Shown one piece after another: positions 1 through 10,573 of a DNA stretch of 64,000 nt (its first letter is position 1; the number at the start of each line of letters is the position of its first letter). Below the pieces are notes generated by a model. The model searched no databases and was not told the origin of the DNA. It worked only from the letters and a program-made list of their open reading frames with translations. The stretch comes from Heterodontus francisci (taxonomy: Eukaryota): contig NC_090400.1 in the NCBI RefSeq assembly GCF_036365525.1, forward strand, positions 61,290,209-61,354,208, given 5' to 3'. A program made the position numbers and the translations under genes.

Positions 1-345
1 TTCTAAATGCCCTGCTATAACACCTTCAATAGCTTCTAACATTTTCCCTAAGACAGATGTTAAGCTAACTAGCCTGTAGTTTCCTGCTTTCTGTCTCCCT
101 TCCTTTTTGAAAAAGGAGTTACATTCACTATTTTCCAATCTAAAGGAACCTTCCCCGAAACTAGGGAATTTTGGAAAATTAAAACTAACGCATCAACTAT
201 CTCACTAGCCACTTCTTATAAGACCCTAGAATGAAGTCCATCAGGACCTGGGGGCTTTTCAGCCTGCAGATCCAACAATTTGTTCAGTACCACTTCCCTG
301 GTGATTAATTTTCTTGAGTTCCTCTCTCCCTTCCATTTCCTGACT
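1..345 (-). mobile_element. CR1 LINE ORF2 fragment (region just upstream of RT core)
   Basis: Reverse strand resembles the KSPGPD...W...NV.PLFKK...NYRPVSLTSV region seen in the other CR1 copies in this window; decayed. Confidence 0.85.
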
Positions 346-621
346 TAACAGCTACACAGATTTTTTTGTGACTTTGATTAGTGCTGTGGCAGGGGCATAA
401 ACCTGATTGCCGAGATTCAAACATGAAGTTGCAGGAAAGATAGGCATGGATTTGGAAAGTGACAGCATGTTCAAGGACTTTTCAGAGGAAAGGAAAAGAA
501 AGTAAGAAGGGGTGGTAGTTTGCAAGGACAGAGTGGCCGCAGGTGAGTTTTTTTCAGGGTGGGGGAATACGCTGTTACGAAAGGGAGGGGGATAGTACCT
601 GAGGAGAGGGAACCATTTACA

Positions 622-1750
622 ATATCAGCTGGCATGGGGGCCAGAGTACCAGCTGGCATGGGGGGGGCAGGATATCAGCTGGCATGGGGGGGGCCAGGAT
701 ATAAGCTGGCATGGGGGCCAGGATATAAGCTGGCATGGGGGCCAGGATATCAGCTGGCATGGGGGCCAGGATATCAGCTGGCATGGGGGGGCCAGGATAT
801 CAGCTGGCATGGGGGGGCCAGGATATCAGCTGGCATGGGGGGGGCCAGGATATCAGCTGGCATGGGGGCCAGAGTACCAGCTGGCATGAGGGCCAGAGTA
901 CCAGCTGGCATGAGGGCCAGAGTACCAGCTGGCATGAGGGCCAGAGTACCAGCTGGCATGGGGGCCAGAGTACCAGCTGGCATGGGGGCCAGAGTACCAG
1001 CTGGCATGGGGGCCAGAGTACCAGCTGGCATGGGGGCCAGAGTACCAGCTGGCATGGGGGCCAGGGTACCAGCTGGCATGGGGGCCAGGGTACCAGCTGG
1101 CATGGGGGCCAGAGTACCAGCTGGCATGGGGGCCAGAGTACCAGCTGGCATGGGGGCCAGAGTACCAGCTGGCATGGGGGCCAGAGTACCAGCTGGCATG
1201 GGGGCCAGAGTACCAGCTAGCATGGGGGCCAGAGTACCAGCTGGCATGGGGGCCAGAGTACCAGCTGGCATGGGGGCCAGAGTACCAGCTGGCATGGGGG
1301 CCAGGGTACCAGCTGGCATGGGGGCCAGGGTATCAGCTGGCATGGGGGGCCAAGGTATCAGCTGGCATGGGGGGCCAGGGTATCAGCTGGCATGGGGGGC
1401 CAGAGTACTAGCTGGCATGGGGGGCCAGAGTACTAGCTGGCATGGGGGGCCAGGATATCAGCTGGCATGGGGGGCCAGGATATCAGCTGGCATGGGGGCC
1501 AGGGTATCAGCTGGCATGGGGGCCAGAGTACCAGCTGGCATGGGGGGGGCCAGGATACCAGCTGGCATGGGGGCCAGAGTACCAGCTGGCATGGGGAGCC
1601 AGGATATCAGCTGGCATGGGGGCCAGGATATCAGCTGGCATGGGGGGCCAGGATATCAGCTGGCATGGGGGCCAGAGTACCAGCTAGCCTGGGGGCAAGA
1701 GTACCAGCTGGCATGGGGGGGCCAGAGTACCCGCTGGCATGGGGGCCAGG
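622..1750. repeat. 24-bp minisatellite, about 46 copies, consensus CCAGCTGGCATGGGGGCCAGAGTA (variant ...GGATAT)
   Basis: Direct tandem repetition is visible. It gives (MGARVPAG)n in the ORF track. G-run length varies in the flanking copies. Confidence 0.97.
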
Positions 1751-1861
1751 AAGGGTAGTTGAGTAGTAATGGGCCAAGAGAGGAGGAGGTGGGGCTCATG
1801 GACTATATGAGCATGAAGGGAGAAAGGAGAGAAACTAGAGAAGGACGTAGGCTTTCTTCAA

Positions 1862-2150
1862 CAGAGCCTCCAAAACCCATGATCTCTACAACCTAGAAGA
1901 ACAAGGGCAGCAGGCGCATGAGAACACCATCATCTGCAAGTTCTCTACGTGTCACCCACCATCCTGACTTGAAAATATATTGTTCCTTCGTTATCGCTGG
2001 ATCAAAATCCTGGAACACACTCACTATCAAAACTGGGAATAGCTTCACTACGCAGACTGCAGTGTTTGAAGAAGGCGGTTCACCACCACTTGGAGATGGG
2101 CAGTAAATGCTGGCCTTGCCAGCGACACTGTATCCTGTCAATGAATATAA
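1862..2150 (+). mobile_element. 3' end of a CR1-group LINE (same family as 8620-9810)
   Basis: Matches 9490-9800 (cctagaagaacaagggcagcag...catcctgacttgaaaatatattg...aaatgctggccttgccagc). Confidence 0.85.
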
Positions 2151-2769
2151 AGAAGTTTGAAAGCAGAGAGGAGCCTGAGGGAGGTGTAACCTAGTGGGGA
2201 AGGGGTGTGTAAGAAAGCAGTTGAAATGCTGAACAGATGGTCTCAATCTCAGTGACAGAGCTCCTCGCACTTGGAGGTGAGGGTGAGGATGGCGGGGTCA
2301 GGGGAGGGCTTTAAGAGTGGTTGGTAGCAAAGAAAAGAAGCCAGGATTATCTTTGCTCTTCAGGATCATCATAGAGTAATGAGGGGTTTTGTTTAGAAGG
2401 GAGTGTAACTCAGAGTGGTCCAGCCAGATTAGCCAGTGGATGGCTAAACTAGTTATGTGCCAGATACCTTCACGCCTGTGCCCCTGGGACATGAAGGAGC
2501 AAAGATGGGGGCTATATCAGGGGGAACCAACAGGATGGGAGAGTGAAGGTTTTGACTGAGAACAAGGGCATGAGAGGTGGAGGTGAGGGAATGGTTGAGT
2601 AAATCGACAGCTGCCCAAAGTAGCGGTAAATCGCAGATTATACGACCTATTTGGAGAATGGAAAGAGCTAAATAAAGGGAACAGTTTAACAGTGACATCC
2701 TCAGAAGTATGATGGGGCTCATATTGAAAATTAAAGTAAACCCTTAAAACGATGCAATATTGCAAATCC

Positions 2770-3935
2770 TTCCTTTTTGGCCTCCTTGTCTCGAGAGACA
2801 ATGGGTAAATGCCGAGAGGTGGTCAGTGGTTCGTGGAGCAGTGCTTGGAGTGGCTATAAAGGCCAGTTCTAGAGTGACGGGCGCTGCAGGTAAAGTTGGT
2901 TGTCGGGGCTGTTACACAGTTGGCTCTCTCCTTACACTGCTGTCTCTTTTCCTGCCAGCTGCTGAGTCTCTGCGACTCGCCTCTCTTCAGCCCTACCTTT
3001 ATAGCTGTCTGCCAGCTCTGCCGATCGCTGGCAACTGGCTCCCACGACTTGTGATCAATGTCACAGGACTTCATGTCGCGTTTGCAAACGTCTTTAAAGC
3101 GGAGACATGGACGGCCGTTGGGTCTGATACTCGTGACGAGCTCGCTGTACAATGTGTCCTTGGGGATCTTCCATGCGGCTCACATGGCCAAGCTATCTCA
3201 AGTGCCACTGGCTCAGTAGGGTATACATATATGCTGGGGATGTTGGCTGCCTCGAGGACTTCAGCATTGGAGATACGGTCCTGCCACCTGATGCCAAGGA
3301 TTCTCTGGAGACAGCGAAGATGGAATGCATTGAGACGTCCCTCCTGGCTGACATATGTTGTCCAGGCCTCGCTGCCGTAGAACAAGGTACTGAGGACACA
3401 GGCTTGAAACACTCGGACATTTGTGTTCTGTATCAGTGCGTCATTTTCCCACACCTTCCTGGCCAGTCTTCACATAGCAGCAGACGCCTTTCCCACGCGC
3501 TTGTTGATTTTTGCATCGAGAGACAGGTTACTGGTGATAGTTGAGCTTAGGTAGGTGAACTCTTGAATCACTTCCAGAGCATGGTTACTGATATTGATGG
3601 ATGGAGCATTTCTGACGTCCTATCCCATGGTTTTCGTTTTCTTGAAACTGATGGTTAGGCCAAATTCGTTGCAGGCAGCCGCAATCCTGTCGATGAGTCT
3701 CTGCAGACACTCTTCCGTGTGGGATGTTAATGCAACATTGTCAGCAAAGAGGAGTTCCCTGATGAGGACCTTTCGTACTTTGGTCTTCGCTCTAAGATGG
3801 GCAAGGTTGAACAACCTGCCCCCTGATCTTGTGTGGAGGAAATTCCTTCTTCTGAAGACTTGAACGTATGTGAGAGCAGCAGTGAGAAGAAGATCCCAAA
3901 CAGTGTAGGTGCGAGAACAGAGTCCTGTTTCAGCC
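2770..3935 (-). mobile_element. RTE-clade LINE, 5'-truncated (RT C-terminal half plus 3' end)
   Basis: FNLAHLRAKTKVRKVLIRELLFADNVAL...FGLTISFKKT; ACVLSTLFYGSEAWT..RLNAFHLRCLQRILGIRWQDRISN; RPNGRPCLRFKDVCKRD; terminal GLYSHSKHC. These are typical RTE ORF motifs; the copy is frameshifted. Confidence 0.9.
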
Positions 3936-4534
3936 CTGCAAATCAGAAATAGAAAAAATACAGGAAGTGCACCGCAGATCTGTCAGCATCTGCAAAACAA
4001 AAATTGGTCTTCGTATTTTGGCTGGGGCAATTCTATTTAAAATAAAGTTTAGTCTTTTGAAGGATTCTCAGTACAGCCCTGAGACATCAGTCCCATGCCA
4101 AGAACAGGTTGTGCATGCACAGAGATTGTCTGCGCCATAACATTGCCACATATTACTGGACTGCACCTGTTCTTCCTTCAGAAACACAGCAACTGTTTCA
4201 TGGAAAGTGTTGCAAATAGAAGCGATATTTGGAAACTAAAACCTTTTGAAATTATTGTTTTTTAAATTGCATTCAAATGGTAGAGGTTAAATATCAAGCA
4301 TTGAAGGTCCTTACCTGACTGCTCTATTACTTCTAAGTAATGAATATTCATATTCTGCAAATTAGAGAATGGAAGAGTCACGAAACATTTCTTAACTTGC
4401 TTCTCAAAGCTATTGTGAGATGTTGCGCTGAGGCCCAACTGCCTATTCAAGTGGATGTTAAAAATTGCATTTAAAAAAGGGAGTTCTCCCAGTGTCCTGC
4501 CAACTTTTAACCCTGAACCAACATTGCTAAGAAC

Positions 4535-4721
4535 GGTGGAGAGAGAAGCAGAGTTAACGTTTCAGATCAGTGACTTTTCTTCAGTTCTGAAGAAGGGTCA
4601 CTGACCTGAAACATTAACTCTGCTTCTCTCTCCACAGATGCTGCCAGACCTGCTGAGTACTTCCAGCATTTCTTGTTTTTATTTCAGATTTCCAGCATCC
4701 GCAGTATTTTGCTTTTATATT
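4535..4721 (+). mobile_element. Penelope-like (PLE)-derived short non-autonomous element with inverted 5' duplication; 12-bp TSD
   Basis: Flanked by ATTGCTAAGAAC at 4523-4534 and 4722-4733. Imperfect palindrome spans 4536-4635. Body is homologous to 16794-16927. Confidence 0.8.
4583..4619 (+). ncRNA. Minimal type I hammerhead ribozyme-like motif
   Basis: AGTT-CTGAAGA-A-GGGTC(ACT)GACCT-GAAAC-ATT-AACT: CUGANGA core, stem II, GAAA, and stem I AGTT/AACT. Activity not shown. Confidence 0.6.
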
Positions 4722-6039
4722 ATTGCTAAGAACAGATTAGCTAGTCATTCATCTCATCATGTGATGGGCAGCAGTTTCCTACAGCAACAACAATGGCCGC
4801 GCTTCAAAGGTAATGCAATTACTTCAAAGTAATCAAATGTGAAACATGTTGGGATGACATGAGGTGCGTTAGAAATGCAAGTTCTTTTTTAGTAGGGATT
4901 CTTTGATTTGTTGTAGTAGAGAATAGCCCTGTTAATAAAGCTAATTGGTGAATAATCGAGTGCCCAAATTTTCCCCTTCCACATCACAGAGATGAAGGCA
5001 AGTACAATCCAATAGGCACAAAATCTGTTCCATGTGGTGCATAAAGTAGCTGCTGCCAAAAGCCTGTATTTACATATCATGACATCAGAGGTCACGTGTA
5101 CAGCAAGCCAAAGTGTTCAAAAGTATTTATCCAAACAAAATCGATTTAATCTCAATTCATGTCTCCGGTAAGATGTTGTCTCATGAAAATTCTGGTGGAT
5201 GATAGAGAAGGCAGGTGATTGGAGTGTAGGTAGTGCAGGTTCATTATCCTCCTTCCTTTTGATATATTGCTGTTGAACAGGCAGGATTCTGGAAGATATT
5301 GTTTTTTGGCTCAGCCTGACTTGGGAAGAAGCTCATAAGCAAACAGATGTCCAGGTCTAACCAAATGCTGTGTCTGAGAAGAAGTTCCCAGGCTTAGCAG
5401 CGTTTGAAATTTATTATATATTGTGCACTGAGTCAGATTTTCCATTCACTGGAGTGCTAGCTGCTGATGAGTCTGTGGTTTATCCGTTTGGTTTTATACA
5501 TGTACCCTGTCTGCCATTCGGTGAAATATGACTGAAAGCAGATTAAGCTGCTATGCAAATATTCAGCACTGAAAGCAGATTAATCTGCTGCATGGGTTTA
5601 ATCGTGCAGTAATACGAATTGTGAAGTCAAGAGGGTTGTGAATGAACAGGAGTTTGAAATTTTTTTAAATCATGTTAAAGGGGTGGGGGGAGAATGTTTG
5701 TAATTTTTCCATGTTGAGTTGCCAACTCCAACATCCTTTGTGGAAGCAAATGGATGTTAAAGGTGCATTTCTTTTTTGATGGATTTGATTACTGGGATAA
5801 GTTAATGTCTGAAAGAAGTAATGCCATTATTGGATTAACTGGCACTCCATGTTCACATAACTTTCCTTGAAATGTTTCTCTTCGAAATTCCATCTCTGAA
5901 ACGGGCACAAATCTGGAGCAATTCAGGGGAGTTGGGGACACAATTCTTCTTGACAAGTAAAAGTCGAGTAACAGACTGGCCTGGGGGCATATTGGGTGAG
6001 ACAGCAGCCTCCCACAACAAACAATCACAGATTACAACC

Positions 6040-6765
6040 TTGGGGAGATGTCCAGCACTATGCTGAACTGTGGGAGATGTCCAGCACTGTGCTGAACGGT
6101 GAGAGGTGCCCAACCTTTTGCTGACCAGTGGGAGATGTCCAGCACTGTGCTGAACTGTGGGAGATGTCCAGCACTGTGCTGAACGGTGGGAGGTGCCCAG
6201 CACTGTGCTGAACGGTGGGAGGTGCCCAGCACTGTGCTGAACGGTGGGAGGTGCCCAGCACTGTGCTGACCGGTGGGAGGTGCCCAGCACTGTGCTGAAC
6301 GGTGGGAGGTGCCCAGCACTGTGCTGACCGGTGGGAGGTGCCCAGCACTGTGCTGACCGGTGGGAGGTGCCCAGCACTGTGCTGACCGGTGGGAGGTGCC
6401 CAGCACTGTGCTGACCGGTGGGAGGTGCCCAGCACTGTGCTGACCGGTGGGAGGTGCCCAGCACTGTGCTGACCGGTGGGAGGTGCCCAGCACTGTGCTG
6501 ACCGGTGGGAGGTGCCCAGCACTGTGCTGAACGGTGGGAGGTGCCCAGCACTGTGCTGACCGGTGGGAGGTGCCCAGCACTGTGCTGACCGGTGGGAGGT
6601 GCCCAGCACTGTGCTGACCGGTGGGAGGTGCCCAGCACTGTGCTGACCGGTGGGAGGTGCCCAGCACTGTGCTGACCGGTGGGAGGTGCCCAGCACTGTG
6701 CTGACCGGTGGGAGGTGCCCAGCACTGTGCTGAACGGTGGGAGGTGCCCAGCACTGTGCTGACCG
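6040..6765. repeat. 29-bp minisatellite, about 25 copies, consensus CGGTGGGAGGTGCCCAGCACTGTGCTGAC
   Basis: Direct tandem repetition. Leftmost copies are diverged (ggagatgtccagc); central copies are near-identical. Confidence 0.97.
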
Positions 6766-6767
6766 CT

Positions 6768-6932
6768 GGGCGAATTCCAAAGATTCACAACGCTCTGAGT
6801 AAAGAAATTTCTCCTCATCTCTGTCCTAAGTGGCTTCCCCCTTATTTTGAAATTGTGTCCCCTGGTATGAGACTCCCCAACCAGGGGAAACATCTTAGCT
6901 GCATCTACCCTGTCTATCCCTTTAAATATTTT
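6768..6932 (-). mobile_element. CR1 ORF2 C-terminal fragment
   Basis: MFPLVGESHTRGHNFKIRGKPLRTEMRRNFFTQSVVNLWNS. Confidence 0.9.
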
Positions 6933-7172
6933 GTAGTTACCAGGGCAAGAGTTCCTGTGAGTTTAGGTATTAAACACTGAAAAATACAAGTGATGTGAGC
7001 AGCATTACTTCATACTATTCTGTTCGTAACTGAGGGGGAACACAGAAACCAGGAAGCATCAGCTCTTAGTCTTTCCACAGCTTGTGTAACTTTCTGTTTT
7101 TTTTTTCATTTTCATTCATCAGGCACTGGGTAGTTGGTATTGTTTCTGTTCTTAAATCCAGTTTATTTTTAG

Positions 7173-7495
7173 GAGAATTTGTTTGAAGAGTCTTCTACTC
7201 TCTGGCTCTCCCTGAAAATTAACAGCACATTCCACTTTCAGCTGCTGCCAGATTGTGAAACATTGAACCAACATTCTGACACAAGAAGGTATCACTGTAG
7301 ATACAAGGCAGACATCATTTATATCCCTGGTGTAAGAACGTTTGACTTCACTCTGGGACCACAATCCATCATGGTCACAATGAATAATTTCATGTCTGTG
7401 AACCAAGGAGTTCATTTCAGGCTCATACGTGTGCAGCTTAATGCAGCCCTCGTGTTCATGTGTTGTCAGTCTAGGGGGGTACAGTGCTCTGAAGA
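7173..7495 (+). other. Weak candidate internal exon (AG...GT window with open frame)
   Basis: ttatttttag|GAG acceptor and GA|gtaagc donor, with 107 open codons between. I do not recognise the translation. Confidence 0.15.
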
Positions 7496-7710
7496 GTAAG
7501 CGACAGTTTCCATATTTTCTGAATGATCCAGATGCTTGGACCTGGATAGAAAAGATGATTTTTAAAATTTATTTTAGGCTGGCAGAAAGAAATAACTAGA
7601 AAGGGAAAGTCATGAGTAGTGTGGAGAAAAAACATTGTGGGTAGATTTTTATCATAATTTCCACTCTCTGATTCCCGATCATCTAAAATTTATATTTGTG
7701 ACTTGCTAAT

Positions 7711-8580
7711 CAACAGCAACTTGCATTTATAGAGCACCTTTAATGTCACAAAACATCCCAAGGCTCTTCGCTGGAGAGTTATCAAAGAAAATATGGCATT
7801 GTGCCACAGAAGGAGACAATGGGGCAGATGACCAAAACCTTGGTCAAAGAGAGAGGTTTTATGGAACATCTTAAAGGTGGAGAGGTTTAGGGAAGGAATT
7901 CCAGAGCTTAAGGTCATCGGCAGCTGAAGGCACAGCTGCCAATGGTGGCGAGATTAAAATCGGAGGTGTGTAAGAGGCTAGAACTGGAGCAGTATAGAGA
8001 TTTCAGAGGATTGTAGGGCTGGAGGAGGCCAAAAAGCTGTGGAGGGGCAAAGCTGTGGAGGGATTTGAAACCAAGGGTAAGAGTTTTAAAATCGAGGCGT
8101 TATTCAACTGGGAGCCAATGTAGGTCAGCGAACAAAGGTGATTGGTGAACGGACTTATTTATTTAGAGATAGAGCACTGAAACAGGCCCTTCGGCCCACC
8201 GAGTCTGTGCCGACCATCAACCACCCATTTATACTAATTTGACACTAATCCCATATTCCTACCACATACCCACCTGTCCCTATATTCCCCCACCACCTAC
8301 CTATACTAGGGGCAATTTATAATAGCCAATTTACCTACCAACCTGCAAGTCTTTTGGCTGTGGGAGGAAACGGGAGCACCCGGCGAAAATCCACGCAGAC
8401 ACAGGGAGAACTTGCAAACTCCACACAGGCAGTACCCAGAACTGAACCCGGGTCGCTGGAGCTGTGAGGCTGCGGTGCTAACCACTGCGCCACTGTGCCG
8501 CCCTGGTGCGATTTAGGACACGGGCAGCAGAGTTTTGGATGAGCTTAAGTTTTTGGAAGATAGAATATGGGAGGCTGACC
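7711..8580 (-). mobile_element. L2 LINE 3' end, split by a V-SINE
   Basis: Tail caacagcaacttgcatttatagagcacctttaatg; body matches 21350-21900 and the reverse complement of 41530-41937. Confidence 0.8.
8156..8503 (-). mobile_element. Full-length tRNA-derived V-SINE (HE1-like)
   Basis: Reverse complement of gggcggcacagtggcgcagtggttagcac...gggttc (A/B boxes), V-domain gggttt..ccgggtgctccggtttcctccc, and a CR1-like 3' tail ending in (taaa)n. Confidence 0.9.
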
Positions 8581-8619
8581 AGTTGAGGATTAATAAATGG
8601 ATTGGTTAACTTGTCAGCC

Positions 8620-9810
8620 TAGGTTGTTGATGCCACTGTTGTACAATAGTAGGTGAGGTGAGAGTGACTGCACTTGACAGCAAGGCAGCATTTGTCTGAG
8701 TGTGACATCAAGGAACCCTAGCAAAATTGAAGTCAATGGAAATTGGGGAAAACGCTCCTTTGGTTGGAGTCTTACCTAGCATAAAGGAAGGTGGTTGTTA
8801 GAGGCCAATCATCTCAGTCCCAGGATATTACTGCATGGGTTCCTCAGGGTAGTGTCCTAGGCCCAAGCAGCTTCAGCTGCATCATCATTGACCATCCCAA
8901 CAACGTAAGGACAGAAGTGGGGATGTTTGCTGATGATTGCACAGTGTTCAGTACCATTTACAACTCTTCAGACACTGAAGCAGTCCGTGCTCAGCTACAG
9001 CAAGACCTGGACAACATTCAGACTTGGGCTGATAAGTAGCAAGTAACATTCACACCACATAAGTGCCAGGCAATGACCATCTCAAACAAGAGAGGATCTA
9101 AACACCTCCCCTTGACATTCAGTGGTATTACCATCGCTGAATCCCCACTATCAACCATTGACCAGACAGTGAACTGGACCAGCCACATAAATACTGTGGC
9201 TACAAGAGCAGGTCAGAGGCTGGAAATTGTATGGCGAGCAACTCACTTCCTGATTCCCCAAAGCCTCTACACCGTCTACAAGGCACAAGTCAGGAGTGTG
9301 ATGGAATACTCTCCACGGGCCTGGATGAGTGCAGCTCCAACAACACTCACAAAGCTCAGCAGTATCCAAGACAAAGCAGCCCGCTTGATGCATCTCATTC
9401 ACCACCTTCAACATTCACTTTCTTCACCACCAGCACACAGTGGCAGCAGTGTGTACCATCTACAAGATGTGCTGCAGCAACTCACCAAGGCTCCTTCAAC
9501 AGCATCTTCCCAACCTGAACCTGTATCACCTCGAAGGACAAGGGCAGCAGACACATAGGAATGCAACCACCTGCTAGTTCCCCTCCAAGCCACACACCAT
9601 CCTGACTTAGAAATATATTGCCATTCCTTCAACGTCACTGGGTCAAAATCCTGGAACTCCCTTCCTAACGGCACTGTGGGTGTACCTACCCCACATGGAC
9701 TGCAGTGGTTCAAGAAAGCAGCTCCCCACCACCTTATCAAGGGGCAATGAGGGATGAGCAATAAATGCTGACCTTGCCAGCCAGGCTCACGTTCCAAGAG
9801 TGAATAGAGA
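8620..9810 (+). mobile_element. CR1-group LINE (family distinct from the dominant CR1), RT to 3' UTR
   Basis: [52 protein letters not shown]; 3' UTR ends caataaatgctgaccttgccagc. Confidence 0.88.
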
Positions 9811-10573
9811 AAAACAAAGTCTGGTGATATTCTATAGGCATTGCTGGCATTTACAATTGAAACACAAAGACACTCCTATTTGATCCTTTGCCCAGCTGAG
9901 CAGCTAATACAATAGAAACCCCAGGCTTAGTGTTCATGCAGTGGGTTTCATTCAGTTCTGGGTCAGAGCTCTATGCTGTCTGATACTGAAAAGACAATTG
10001 GGTTGTTTTCCTGATGAATTGAATATTTATTACTGTAATTGACAGGTTATATCTTTGCTGGAATAATAGTGTGCTCTTACCAGTGCTACTGACTCTCAGA
10101 AGAGGAGAGAAGAGAAAGGTTACGTATAGGAATTTGGCTGTGGTGTAAAATATATATTAAAATAACACAAATCATGAAACTGCAGGTAATCCCTAATGCA
10201 CATTACCTGCAAAGTCCGAGTGAATAATAATACAATCCTTTGATCATGTGCCTCAATTTTATACACTCAATCCACTATCAATTTTCTAATAATGCCATGG
10301 AGAGAAAAGAAACTCACATTTTTATAGTATTTTATGACATAGCTATTAAATCTGGTACTAATATTTTTGCCTTTCAGTCTTCAAACCTTTTTCATAATTT
10401 CTCCCTTCAGGGGGAAATGTAGACTTTGTTGGGTGGGTTTGCTGGCATGTTTCATGGTGTCACCTTGATTCCATGCATTAATTAAATGGTTGTAGCTCAC
10501 TGTAATGCTTGTAGTGACAGCAGCTACCAACCACACAGTAACTGAAGTTAATCATCTCTTTTTCACTTTCTTG

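Larger units (their letters stand above)
365..2690 (-). mobile_element. Old L2-like LINE ORF2 fragment, interrupted by the 24-bp minisatellite (622-1750) and a CR1-group 3' end (1862-2150)
   Basis: Purine-rich + strand. The minus strand translates patchily to an L2-type endonuclease-RT linker (around 2220-2400). The sequence either side of the minisatellite reads continuously. Confidence 0.6.
4415..4890 (+). mobile_element. Degenerate DeuSINE (SacSINE1/AmnSINE-like), split by the insertion at 4535-4721
   Basis: gggagttctcccagtgtcctgccaac...aacagattagctagtcatt and the tail agaaatgcaagttctttt resemble the better copy at 28640-29030. Confidence 0.7.

Noticed and set aside
559-1758. 399-aa ORF and overlapping repetitive ORFs
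   Set aside because: They are by-products of a stop-poor 24-bp minisatellite. All frames are similarly open and G-run slippage shifts the frame.
6040-6765. CRISPR array (29-bp palindromic repeats)
   Set aside because: Units are directly adjacent with no unique spacers, there are no cas genes, and the context is a vertebrate genome.
5853-6893. 346-aa and 240-aa minus-strand ORFs
   Set aside because: A CR1 fragment reads into a 29-bp (non-triplet) repeat that cycles through all three frames.
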